From Alphaproteobacteria bacterium (GTDB lineage Bacteria > Myxococcota_A > UBA796 > UBA2385), in contig JACKEY010000009.1 in assembly GCA_020632755.1 (NCBI GenBank), positions 63,332 through 127,331 on the forward strand: a stretch of 64,000 nt of DNA. Direction: 5' to 3'. The number at the start of each line of letters is the position of its first letter. The first letter of the stretch is position 1. Shown in pieces: positions 45,037-54,441 of this stretch. The notes below the pieces were generated by a model. That model saw only the letters and a program-made list of their open reading frames with translations, was not told the origin of the DNA and made no database searches. A program made the translations under genes and the position numbers.

Positions 45037-45108
45037 CTCGGGGGCGGCGATCAGGGGGGGCGGGAATCAGGGGGGCGGAGATCTAGGGCGTGGACGACGC
45101 CGGCCGCC

Positions 45109-45906
45109 TCAGCCCAGCATGAGCCCTCGGCCGAACACGCCGATCGCCAGCACCAGCGCGACGAGGCCCGCGGCCATCCAGCCGCGGCTGGCCTGCACGT
45201 CCGTGCTGGGGACGGCTGACGTGGGCGGATCGACCAGGGTCGCCAGCCAGGCCATGCCCGACGTGCCGCCGAGCGTCGCCAGGGCCGAAGACGCTGCGTA
45301 GTCCAGCCCGAGCCGGTTGAAGGCCGCGGCCGTGGTCATCGCCGCGCCTCCGACCACCAGGTAGGGCACCAGGCTGAGCTGCCGGGCCCGCGGGCGTCGA
45401 GCATCCGGATCGGCCCCGAACCAGGGCGAGCCCGCGGCGACCAGGAGCTTCATGCTGGCGAAGTACAGGACACCGCCCACGCCGGCCAGCCCGTAGCGCC
45501 AGGCGGCCGCGGGCTCGAGGCCCTGCAGGAAGGCGGTCCAGTCGCCGAAGCCGAACAGGGGATCGGTGAGCAGGTAGCCCGCGCCCAGCAGCAGGTTGAC
45601 CGCGGCGAGCACCCACAGGAAGTAGCCGGTGGCTCCACCCGGTCCCCGGCGCACGGCCAACAGCGCGGCCGCACCGAGCAGCAGGTTCACGCCGGTGCCG
45701 GCCGCCTTGCGGATGCGCAGGGCGCCGACCGCCTCGTCCACGCCGTGCTCGCACATGCACCAGGACGTCGAGAAACCCTGCAGGTCGCCGCCGACGCCCA
45801 GGCAGGCCACGCCGTGCCCCAGCCCCTCATGGGCGAGCTTGGCCACCAGGTAGGCGACCATCGCGACGGCGAGCACGGTGGGCAGGTGGTGGCGGCCGGT
45901 CGACAT
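45109..45906 (-). CDS. polytopic membrane protein with an HExxH motif (putative intramembrane metalloprotease)
   Basis: AKLAHEGLGHGVAC in TM1, followed by 6-7 TM segments. Confidence 0.55.
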   Translation of the reverse strand: MSTGRHHLPTVLAVAMVAYLVAKLAHEGLGHGVACLGVGGDLQGFSTSWCMCEHGVDEAVGALRIRKAAGTGVNLLLGAAALLAVRRGPGGATGYFLWVLAAVNLLLGAGYLLTDPLFGFGDWTAFLQGLEPAAAWRYGLAGVGGVLYFASMKLLVAAGSPWFGADPDARRPRARQLSLVPYLVVGGAAMTTAAAFNRLGLDYAASSALATLGGTSGMAWLATLVDPPTSAVPSTDVQASRGWMAAGLVALVLAIGVFGRGLMLG

Positions 45907-45933
45907 GCCCGGAGCTTGCCACAGGCGCAGCGC

Positions 45934-48453
45934 TCACTCGTCCCAGTAGCCCAGCGCCTTCAGGTCCTCGGCCAGCTCGCTGTCCACGCCCGACAGTGCG
46001 GTGCGCGAGGTGTCGGCCACCGGGGCGACGGTGCGATCGATCTCGAAGCGACGCCCGCCGACGCTGCCGCGCCAGAGCACGTCGCGCCGGCCGACGTAGG
46101 GGCCCAGCGCCGCCAGGTCGGCCGAGGGGGCCACGGCGGCCTCGGCGCCGGTGGTGCGGCCGAAGACCTGCACGCTGCCGGCGACTTCTTCGATCGGGGC
46201 GCGCGGCAGGACATAGGCCTCGCGCGAGCCCCGCGACTTGCCGCCCCAGGTGAACACGACCTCGTCCTCGCCGCGCTTCTCGACGGACAGGGTCGAGTAG
46301 TCCAGGGGGTCGTCGCCGGCCCAGGCCTCGGCGATGCCGCCGGGCACGACCACCCGCACGGACAGGGGCCGGTCGGACTGCTCGCGCATGCCTTCGATGC
46401 GCAGGGCGACCGCGGCCGGGCGATCGACGCCGGGGCCCAGGTCATGGCGCCAGGGTTCCGTGGACGCGCCGGAGCGGGCGACCAGATCGCGGCCTTCCCC
46501 CGGATCGGTCGCCAGGTCGTAGAGCCGCTCGCGTCCGTCTTCCGCCCAGTACTTGTGATCGCGGGAGATGACGCCCCAGGCGCGGTTCCCGTAGAGCGGC
46601 CGGCCGATGCCGACGGGGCGCGCGGCGAAGGCGGCCGCGGCCGTGCCGTCGGCGACACCCTGGAGCGGCATGCCGAACATGCCGTCGTCGTCGAGCCCCA
46701 TGACCCGGGCCAGGGTCGGCGCGATGTCCATCAGGCTGACCGGCGCGTCGTAGCGGCCGGCGGCAAGACCGGGGCCCTTGACGACCAGCGGCACCCGCAG
46801 GAGCTCCTCGTAGAGGGTGTGGCCGTGCTCGAAGCCGTTGTGGTCCCAGAATTCCTCGCCGTGGTCGGCCATGATGACCACGGTGTCGTCGGGACCGAGC
46901 GCCTGCATGAACCGGTGCAGCTCGTCGTCGATGAACCGCAGGTTCTGGTCGTAGCGGTCGCGGACGTACTGCTTGCCGTCGTCGCCGAGCTTGCGCACGT
47001 CGGCCACGACTTCCTTGCGCTGGAAGTCGTCGCTGGACAGGACCGCGGGCCGGTCCCCCGCCCAGATCCGCCGGTAGGCCCGGGGCTCGGTGTAGGGCAG
47101 GTGCATGTCCATGAAGTGCAGGGTCAGGAGCGCGGCGCGGTCGGGGTGTGCGTCGAGCCACTCGAGCGCCCGGTCGACCTGGATGTCCGCGGTCGGCCAG
47201 TTGATGCAGCGGTGGGTGCCCCAGCCGCGATCCATGGCGAAGTTGCTCGACAGGTAGACGTTGCCGGACATGAAGGCCGTGGCCCAGCCGGCCTGCGCGG
47301 CTCGTTCCTGCAGGGTCGTCTGCGCGTCCCAGCGCTCGGGCTGGTCGCCCAGGAACATCGCCCGGGTGCTCGGCAGGGTCCACGGGGCCACCGACCGCGC
47401 GGTCTCGAAGACGGCGGCGTCTTCGGCCCAGGCGTCGAGGTGCGGCGAGGTCGGGCGCTCGTAGCCGTAGAGCGACATGCCGTCCTGGCGCATCGTGTCG
47501 ATGAACACGATGACGACGCGCGGCGGGGCGGCCATCGGCCGATGGACCGTCGGCGTCGCCACGAAGACGTAGTCGAGCTCGGCGCTGTCGCCCGGATCGA
47601 CCTGGAGCGACAGCTGCACCTGCTGGCCGGCCCAGGCGGACAGGTCCACGCGCAGGTCGTCGAACCACCCGACGTGGACGGGCTGGCGCGCGACCTCCTG
47701 GCCGTCGATCGCCACGATCAGCTCGGCCCCGTCGCTGCGGGCGCCGGGCGGGGTCGCCTCGGGCGGCAGGATGCCGGGGCTCAGGTCGAAGACGGCGCCT
47801 TCGGGCACCTCGACCTCGAACACGGCCCGTGCGGGAGCCGGCAGGTAGAGCCCGTGGCGGGTCGTGTCGTCGACCTGGGCGCTGCGGAAGACGAACTCCT
47901 CCTCCTCGCCCTCGAACAGGTCGGGGTGCAGATCGTGCTCGCGCTCGACCGCCTTGCTGTAGGTGACCGCGTACTCGCCGTCCCGGGGGCGACCGTTGCT
48001 GGCCAGTCGCCGCACGCGCACGGCGTGGGTCGAGAACTCCCAGGTGGCCACGTCGTCGGCGTCTTCGATGCCGGCCTTGTGGGCCAGCTGCCGGGCCTTG
48101 GACCAGGGCGCCGCGACGTCCTCGCGCTGGTGGAGCGCCATGTCGTCGGGCGGCCGGTGGAAGAACAGGGTCCGCGGGCGCACCGGCAGTGGCGCCTCCC
48201 ACATGCGGGCCTTGCCGACCGTCGACACGAGCTTCCAGGCGGACGCCGGGATCTCGACGTACTCGGGCACCTCGCCGCGCGACTCCTGCGGAAGGGTCAG
48301 CTCGGACAGCAGCTCGGGGCGACGATCCAGGGAGATCGCCTGGAGGCCCGCCACCCGCGCGTCGGCCGCGTCGACCGGGGCCCCGACGGCGGACAGGCCG
48401 CCCCCCCCGAAGAGGAAGCAGCCTGTCAGCACCCAGCGCAGCGCGCTCCGCAC
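45934..48453 (-). CDS. sulfatase / alkaline-phosphatase superfamily protein with a large N-terminal domain
   Basis: VVIVFIDTMRQDGMSLYGY...PWTLPS...ADHGEEFWDHNGFEHGHTLYEELLRVPLVV sulfatase blocks. Start placed at the GTG at 48453, just after the upstream stop. Confidence 0.75.
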   Translation of the reverse strand: MRSALRWVLTGCFLFGGGGLSAVGAPVDAADARVAGLQAISLDRRPELLSELTLPQESRGEVPEYVEIPASAWKLVSTVGKARMWEAPLPVRPRTLFFHRPPDDMALHQREDVAAPWSKARQLAHKAGIEDADDVATWEFSTHAVRVRRLASNGRPRDGEYAVTYSKAVEREHDLHPDLFEGEEEEFVFRSAQVDDTTRHGLYLPAPARAVFEVEVPEGAVFDLSPGILPPEATPPGARSDGAELIVAIDGQEVARQPVHVGWFDDLRVDLSAWAGQQVQLSLQVDPGDSAELDYVFVATPTVHRPMAAPPRVVIVFIDTMRQDGMSLYGYERPTSPHLDAWAEDAAVFETARSVAPWTLPSTRAMFLGDQPERWDAQTTLQERAAQAGWATAFMSGNVYLSSNFAMDRGWGTHRCINWPTADIQVDRALEWLDAHPDRAALLTLHFMDMHLPYTEPRAYRRIWAGDRPAVLSSDDFQRKEVVADVRKLGDDGKQYVRDRYDQNLRFIDDELHRFMQALGPDDTVVIMADHGEEFWDHNGFEHGHTLYEELLRVPLVVKGPGLAAGRYDAPVSLMDIAPTLARVMGLDDDGMFGMPLQGVADGTAAAAFAARPVGIGRPLYGNRAWGVISRDHKYWAEDGRERLYDLATDPGEGRDLVARSGASTEPWRHDLGPGVDRPAAVALRIEGMREQSDRPLSVRVVVPGGIAEAWAGDDPLDYSTLSVEKRGEDEVVFTWGGKSRGSREAYVLPRAPIEEVAGSVQVFGRTTGAEAAVAPSADLAALGPYVGRRDVLWRGSVGGRRFEIDRTVAPVADTSRTALSGVDSELAEDLKALGYWDE

Positions 48454-48454
48454 C

Positions 48455-49798
48455 TCAGGCGCGCCGGCGGCGGCGCCCCAGGGCAGCGCCCAGCCCGGCG
48501 AACATGCCCAGCAGGCCGGCGGCCGCGGGAACGGCGCTGCAGCCACCCTTCTCGGAGCCGACATCGACCGTGAGGGTCTCGGCCGCGATGCCGCCCGGAC
48601 CACCCAGGTTCAGGACGATGTCGTAGGTGCCCTCGGCGCCGAAGTCGATCTTGGGCGACCAGGCGCCGATGCTCTGCACCAGCTCGCCGCCCTTGAACAC
48701 GTCCCACTGGACCCGATCGATGCAGCCGTACACCGACGTGTCGGCCTGGTTGACCATCTGGTAGGTCGTGCCGTCCACGTAGTCGACGGTGAACATGCCC
48801 TCGAAGCCTTCGGCGGCCTGGGGGGCCTCGCAGGCCAGCACCAGGGCGGGCTCGCGGAAGTCGTACGAGAAGTCGCCGCACTCGGCCGAGTCGCCGGAGA
48901 CCGTGATGAACACGGTGTACTGGCCCTTGGTCGTGTAGGTGTGGCAGGGGCTGAACTCGTTGCTGGTCTCGCCGTCGCCGAAGTTCCAGGTCACGACGAG
49001 CTCGTCGTCGTTCACGCCCTTGGTCTCGAGGTCGAAGCAGACCTCGAGGGGCACGCCGCCGTAGCTGTCCGTGTCGGGGTCCAGCGAGAAGGTGGCGTAG
49101 GGCCCGTACAGGAAGTTGATCGACGTGATGTCGTCGGTCTTGGGCGTCGAGGGAGCGTTGTCGCAGGGCGAGCCCGACCAGAACATCGTGGCTTCGAGCA
49201 GGTCGGTGGCCGAGCAGTTGCCGTCCGCGACTTCATCTTCTTCGCAGGAGTGGCCCAGGCCCCACCAGTGACCGAACTCGTGGGTGGCGACCGACTGGAT
49301 CGTGTACCCGTTCGAGCAGGCGCCGGCTTCGACGTCTTCGGGCGAGACCCAGTTCACCCACTCGCTCAGGACGATGTCCGAGTCGCGGGTGAAGGTGTAG
49401 ACGTTGGTGACGCCTTCATCGACGGGATCGGCCAGGTCGAAGGCGTACTCGCCGGTGCTGACCGAGTAGGTCACGCCCAGGGCGGAGTCGCCGTTCTGCT
49501 CGGCCGGGTCGTCCATGTACATGGTCGGGATGCCTTCCGAGGCGACACCGCCGGCCCAGACACCCTCGCGGACGCCCATGTACTCGCTCTCGAGCTGGGC
49601 ACAGGGCGCGGCGACCGGCCAGTTGGCGACCGATTCCTGCATGGCCTGTTCGGCGTAGTCGAAGCCGAGGTCGGTCTCACCGCCACCGGCCATGTACCAC
49701 TGGACGGGGAAGTCCTCGCGGTTCCACACGAAGGTGGTGTGGCGCCAGGCGTGGGCGGGGTTCGAGGCGAGGGCGACGAGGGCGAGGAGCGAGGTCAT
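48455..49798 (-). CDS. secreted matrixin-like zinc metalloprotease with a PKD domain and a MYXO-CTERM-like sorting tail
   Basis: HEFGHWWGLGH zincin motif. PKD-like WNFGDGETSNEFSPCHTYTTKGQYTVFITV. C-terminus GGCSAVPAAAGLLGMFAGLGAALGRRRRRA. ATGA overlap with the upstream gene. Confidence 0.85.
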   Translation of the reverse strand: MTSLLALVALASNPAHAWRHTTFVWNREDFPVQWYMAGGGETDLGFDYAEQAMQESVANWPVAAPCAQLESEYMGVREGVWAGGVASEGIPTMYMDDPAEQNGDSALGVTYSVSTGEYAFDLADPVDEGVTNVYTFTRDSDIVLSEWVNWVSPEDVEAGACSNGYTIQSVATHEFGHWWGLGHSCEEDEVADGNCSATDLLEATMFWSGSPCDNAPSTPKTDDITSINFLYGPYATFSLDPDTDSYGGVPLEVCFDLETKGVNDDELVVTWNFGDGETSNEFSPCHTYTTKGQYTVFITVSGDSAECGDFSYDFREPALVLACEAPQAAEGFEGMFTVDYVDGTTYQMVNQADTSVYGCIDRVQWDVFKGGELVQSIGAWSPKIDFGAEGTYDIVLNLGGPGGIAAETLTVDVGSEKGGCSAVPAAAGLLGMFAGLGAALGRRRRRA

Positions 49799-50463
49799 CA
49801 CTTCACCTCCGCAGGGGCGGTGGGCAGGGCGACCGCGTTGCGACGCTGGAGCTCGACGGGGTCGATGCCGGGGATGGCCTGGCCGTCCCAGCCGCTGTCC
49901 AGGCGGTCCTGGATGGTGTCGAGGAAGCTGTCGAGGGAGAGGCGGTCGGCTTCGGCCGGGAGGGGCAGGAACCGGTGGTCGTAGGCGACCAGGGGCTCGA
50001 GCACGACGCGCTGCACGATGGGCTGCCGGGAGTAGGGGTCCATCCGGACCGTGTACTTGCCCTGGGCCATGCCCACGACCTGAACCCGCTCGCCGTGGCC
50101 GCGGGTGCTCAGGAAGAAGACGCCTTCTTCGCCTTCGCTGAACCGCGCGGTGCCGAACACCTTCATGGCGGTCGAGCCGTGCACGCCGCCGGCGTGGCTG
50201 ACCACGATGGTCTGGACGGGCGCGCCCTTGAGCTGGCGCTCGACCTCGAGGGTGCCGTGGGTCCACACCATGCCGCGGTCGTCGAGCTCGGTCCAGACAT
50301 CGACGATGGTGCCGACGACGATGTACTCGGCGGCATCGGTCAGCTGCTCGGTCGACAGCTTCGCGACGGTCGTCGCGGAGGCGTCCCGCGGAGCCAGCGG
50401 GGCCGCGAGCCCGACCAGCAGGGCGGCGCCGAGGAGCGCACGACGGAGGGGAGACGTGGACAT
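49798..50463 (-). CDS. secreted hypothetical protein
   Basis: MSTSPLRRALLGAALLVGLAAPLAP signal peptide. Translationally coupled to the protease gene. Confidence 0.55.
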   Translation of the reverse strand: MSTSPLRRALLGAALLVGLAAPLAPRDASATTVAKLSTEQLTDAAEYIVVGTIVDVWTELDDRGMVWTHGTLEVERQLKGAPVQTIVVSHAGGVHGSTAMKVFGTARFSEGEEGVFFLSTRGHGERVQVVGMAQGKYTVRMDPYSRQPIVQRVVLEPLVAYDHRFLPLPAEADRLSLDSFLDTIQDRLDSGWDGQAIPGIDPVELQRRNAVALPTAPAEVK

Positions 50464-50858
50464 GGCAGTGTCCTCCAGAGATGAGCGCCGCGCGCGCACG
50501 TGGAGAGGCGCGGACGCAGGAAGGCCGAAGCCTCACCCACGATGGGCAGGCCGTCAACTTCCGGAACCTACAGCCCGCCCGGCGACACCGTCAACCAGCG
50601 CGTCTGCGGCATCCGGTCCGCGCCGGGGGACGCCGTCGTGTGTATGGAACGCTCCCGTCGGTGAGCCGCTCCCCCAGGCCGTGGAACGGTGCCCGCCGAT
50701 CGGCGCGTTTCACGGAATTCCAGCCCGTGGCCGGATCTATCGTCGACAACTCCGTGAGGACGCATCCATCGGGGTTGACTTTCCCGGGCGGGTCGCCTAT
50801 CCCCTGCGTTCTGCGCGCCTGGGCGCGCCCTCGGACTGGACCCCTCAGGAAGGCCCCG

Positions 50859-53591
50859 ATGCCCCGAATCCTCCACTTCGCGCGGATGCTGCTGCTGTTG
50901 CTGCTGGTGCTTCCGGGCCTCGCGCACGCCTCGGTCACGACCGGTACCATCAAGGGTACCGCCGTCGATGAAGGCGGCCTGCCCGTTCCCGGCGTTCTCG
51001 TGACGATCCAGTCCGAGAACCTGATGGGCGTGCGGCAGAACGAGACCGACATGGAAGGTCGGTTCTTCTTCCCCGAGCTGCCCCCCGGCAGCTACGAGCT
51101 GCGGGCCGAAGGCCCCGGCTTCGCCACGGTCGTGCGGCCCAACCTCCAGGTCAACATCGGCCGCAACGTCATCCTGACCATCGAGATGACGCTGGACGAG
51201 GCGGGCGAGGAGATCGTGATCGAGGAGTCGCGGCCCGTCGTCGACACCGAGTCGGCGCAGCGCGGCAGCGTGCTCACGAAGGAATTCCTCGAGCGCATCC
51301 CCGCCGGCCGCTCCTACCAGAGCGCCGTGCAGATGGCGGCGGGCGTCACCGGCGGCAGCAACCCCAACGTGGGCGGCGCGGCCTACAACGAGAACACCTA
51401 CCTGCTCGACGGCGTCAACATCACCGACCCCGTCACCGGTACCTTCTCGCTGAACTTCAACTTCGACGCGATCGAGCAGGTCGAGGTCCTCACCAACGCC
51501 TTCGACCCCGAGTACGGCTACAACCTCGGCGGCGCCATCAACGTCGTCACCGAGACCGGCACCAACGTCCTCGAGTTCGAGACCAACGCCTACTACACGA
51601 ACGGCAACTGGGCCCCGAAGCTCGACGCCCGCTACGCCGCCGACGGCACCCAGCTGGCCCCGACCGACTTCGACAGCCGCTTCGAGCTGTTCCAGGCCGG
51701 TGTGAAGATCTCCGGCCCGATCATTCGCGACCGGGCCTGGTTCATCGCCAGCTACCAGCACAGCCGCTCGCTCATCGCGAACGTGGGTATCGACCTGCCG
51801 CGCGACTTCGACGGCCACTACGTGCTCGGCAAGCTGACCTTCCAGCCGTCCAGCGAGCACCGGTTCACCCTGCTGATGCAGACGAACCCGACCAGCATCG
51901 ACAACACGAACCAGTACGACCGGTTCGTGTCGGCCGAAGCCCAGGGTCGCCAGGCCCAGGGCGGCTTCGTCAGCAGCCTGCAGTGGGACTGGTTCATCAG
52001 CCCCGAGACCTTCCTCGAGACCGACGTCACCCTGCAGAAGCTCTACCTGGAGAACACCCAGGTCCCCTGTACCCACGATCCGAAGACCGGGTACAACCCC
52101 TGTGACGCGACCGAGCTCGAGAACAACATCGACTTCACGACGCCGGGTCGCCTGGGCTTCAACAACGCCTTCGACAGCGGCAACTACCCGAGCTTCGACT
52201 TCGACGATCGCTGGCGGTACAGCGTCAGCAGCAAGTTCAGCCTGCTGCAGGTCGAAGCCCTGGGCAGCCACGACCTCAAGGCCGGCGTGTCCCTGGACGT
52301 GACCCGCTGGAACCGGACCTTCGGCTACACCGGCGACACGTACTTCTACGACCTCAACGAGCTCGCCTACAACCCCGACACGCTGAAGAACTACTACTGG
52401 ATCGAGACCACCGGTCCGGTCGACTTCACCGCGCGGGCCGAGAACATCGGCGCCTTCGTCCAGGACGTCTACAAGCCGATCGACAACCTGACCTTCCGGT
52501 TCGGCACCCGCTACGACCGGGCGATCATCCGCAACGACGTCGGCGAGTCCATCATCAACGTCGGCCTGTGGGGCCCGCGGTTCAGCGTCATCTGGGACCC
52601 CTGGGGCAACAACAAGAGCAAGCTGGTCGGCTCGCTGGGTCGGTTCAACGACTCCGGCCGCCTGGCGGTGCCGAGCTACCTGTCGCAGTCCGGCTTCGGC
52701 TACAAGCTGTTCCTGGGCGAGTACTTCAGCCAGTTCGGCTACGAGGGCTACAGCAGCGGCCTGGACAACGCCTACGACTACGCGCCGAACGAGCAGACCC
52801 GCACGGTCCTCGACGGGACCATCGCCCCCCACAGCGACGAGTTCAGCGTCGGCGCCGAGCGCGAGCTCATCCGCGACCTGGCCGCGGCGGTCTACTTCAC
52901 CGGCAAGTACACCCGGAACCTGTACGCCTTCGACGAGACCAACCTGGTCTGGGACGAAGACGGCTACAACGTCCTGGGCAGCAGCGACGGCACGCAGAAC
53001 ATCTACCAGCGGATGCGCACCCCCAACATCGCGCGCCGTGACTACTTCCGCGGCGACCTGCAGCTGAACAAGGTGTGGAGCAACCGCTGGGAGGTCCAGG
53101 CGACCTACAGCTACACCGTCAGCCGCGGCACGGTGCAGACCAGCCCCTCGGGCTTCCTGAGCGTGCCCCAGCAGGTCCAGTACTACGTCAACGGCCTGCT
53201 CTACACCGACGTCCGCCACGACGTGTCCGCCGGCTTCGCCTGGGACATCCCCAACGACCCGTGGACCACCAAGGTCGGCATGACGTTCTTCTACGAGAGC
53301 GGCAACCCGGTCACCCGGTACTACGACAACGGCTCGTCGATCGGCTTCAACAGCATCCTGCGGCAGACCGTCGGCACCTACGCCCGGGAAGAGGCCTACT
53401 TCACCGCCAGCATCCTGGTGCAGCAGGGCATCCCGATCCGCAAGGGCAAGCTCTACGGCGTGCTCGAGCTCCAGAACCTGGCGAACCTGCGCCAGGGCGA
53501 CGGCGCCTACGTCAGCTTCGACAACCGGTGGATCATCGCTGGCCGCCAGGACCCCCTCGAAATCAGCATCGGAGGCCGGTATGAGTTCTGA
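50859..53591 (+). CDS. Oar-like outer-membrane protein (CarboxypepD_reg domain plus TonB-dependent-receptor-type plug/barrel)
   Basis: Signal peptide ...LVLPGLAHA. GTIKGTAVDEGGLPVPGVLVTIQS...TDMEGRFFFPELPPGSY. LLDGVNITDP plug-like motif. Beta-rich 900 aa ending ...GGRYEF (terminal Phe). Confidence 0.8.
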   Translation: MPRILHFARMLLLLLLVLPGLAHASVTTGTIKGTAVDEGGLPVPGVLVTIQSENLMGVRQNETDMEGRFFFPELPPGSYELRAEGPGFATVVRPNLQVNIGRNVILTIEMTLDEAGEEIVIEESRPVVDTESAQRGSVLTKEFLERIPAGRSYQSAVQMAAGVTGGSNPNVGGAAYNENTYLLDGVNITDPVTGTFSLNFNFDAIEQVEVLTNAFDPEYGYNLGGAINVVTETGTNVLEFETNAYYTNGNWAPKLDARYAADGTQLAPTDFDSRFELFQAGVKISGPIIRDRAWFIASYQHSRSLIANVGIDLPRDFDGHYVLGKLTFQPSSEHRFTLLMQTNPTSIDNTNQYDRFVSAEAQGRQAQGGFVSSLQWDWFISPETFLETDVTLQKLYLENTQVPCTHDPKTGYNPCDATELENNIDFTTPGRLGFNNAFDSGNYPSFDFDDRWRYSVSSKFSLLQVEALGSHDLKAGVSLDVTRWNRTFGYTGDTYFYDLNELAYNPDTLKNYYWIETTGPVDFTARAENIGAFVQDVYKPIDNLTFRFGTRYDRAIIRNDVGESIINVGLWGPRFSVIWDPWGNNKSKLVGSLGRFNDSGRLAVPSYLSQSGFGYKLFLGEYFSQFGYEGYSSGLDNAYDYAPNEQTRTVLDGTIAPHSDEFSVGAERELIRDLAAAVYFTGKYTRNLYAFDETNLVWDEDGYNVLGSSDGTQNIYQRMRTPNIARRDYFRGDLQLNKVWSNRWEVQATYSYTVSRGTVQTSPSGFLSVPQQVQYYVNGLLYTDVRHDVSAGFAWDIPNDPWTTKVGMTFFYESGNPVTRYYDNGSSIGFNSILRQTVGTYAREEAYFTASILVQQGIPIRKGKLYGVLELQNLANLRQGDGAYVSFDNRWIIAGRQDPLEISIGGRYEF

Positions 53592-54441
53592 TCGCCTGCA
53601 GCGCGTCGCGCTCGCCGCGATCGTCGGCAGCCTCTCCCTCAGCGCCGCCTGCACCTACACCGAAGACCTCGGCATGGCCGATCTGCGGGGCACGGTGCGC
53701 GTCAAGAAGGAAGACGCCACCATCACCCTCACCAACCTCGCCGGCGAGATCTGGGAGGTCACCGACCCCCGCGCGATCGGGCCGGTCTACGTGGGCGTGT
53801 ACGCCGGGCTGGACGACAGCCTGTACGAGTACCCGCACCCCGAGTGGGGTCCGGTGCTCGGCGACGGCGCCGGCGACGCCTTCCCCTATGGCGGCGGCAC
53901 CGTCGGGCGCTTCGCCTGGGGCTGCTACGAAGCCACGGTCTGCAAGACCGTCAGCGGCCGCTACGACAGCTACCAGTCGGTGCTCGACTTCTTCAAGGAC
54001 GAGCTGCGCAGCCCCCTGACCGACGCCGAGGGCAACGAGATCACCTCGGCGATCGAGTTCCAGGAGAAGTGCTTCCAGGCCGAGTACGTCACCAGCGACG
54101 GCGAGCTCGACATCGTCGGCGACACCGACTTCGTCGAGAACGGCGACTACTACGAAGCCGAGATCCAGATCCTGGGCACCCGCTTCGAGCCAGGCGTCAC
54201 CGTCTGGGGCTTCATCGACCAGCCCGACGAGACCTTCTCGTTCTCGACCTGCGACGACAGTGACGGCGACTACAACGCCTACTACGACGAGCGCTACTAC
54301 AAGGGCACCAACTTCGAGGAAGTGCTCAACTTCCCCGGCGAGTACATCCGCAACGGCGACCTGGTGTCCGACACCGCCGCCGTGGTCGATGATCCCGAGC
54401 AGCCCTTCACCATCGAATTCGGGTTCAAGTATGAAGACTGA
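53581..54441 (+). CDS. lipoprotein, hypothetical
   Basis: ATG overlaps the end of the Oar-like gene. ...GSLSLSAAC lipobox. Confidence 0.6.
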   Translation: MSSDRLQRVALAAIVGSLSLSAACTYTEDLGMADLRGTVRVKKEDATITLTNLAGEIWEVTDPRAIGPVYVGVYAGLDDSLYEYPHPEWGPVLGDGAGDAFPYGGGTVGRFAWGCYEATVCKTVSGRYDSYQSVLDFFKDELRSPLTDAEGNEITSAIEFQEKCFQAEYVTSDGELDIVGDTDFVENGDYYEAEIQILGTRFEPGVTVWGFIDQPDETFSFSTCDDSDGDYNAYYDERYYKGTNFEEVLNFPGEYIRNGDLVSDTAAVVDDPEQPFTIEFGFKYED

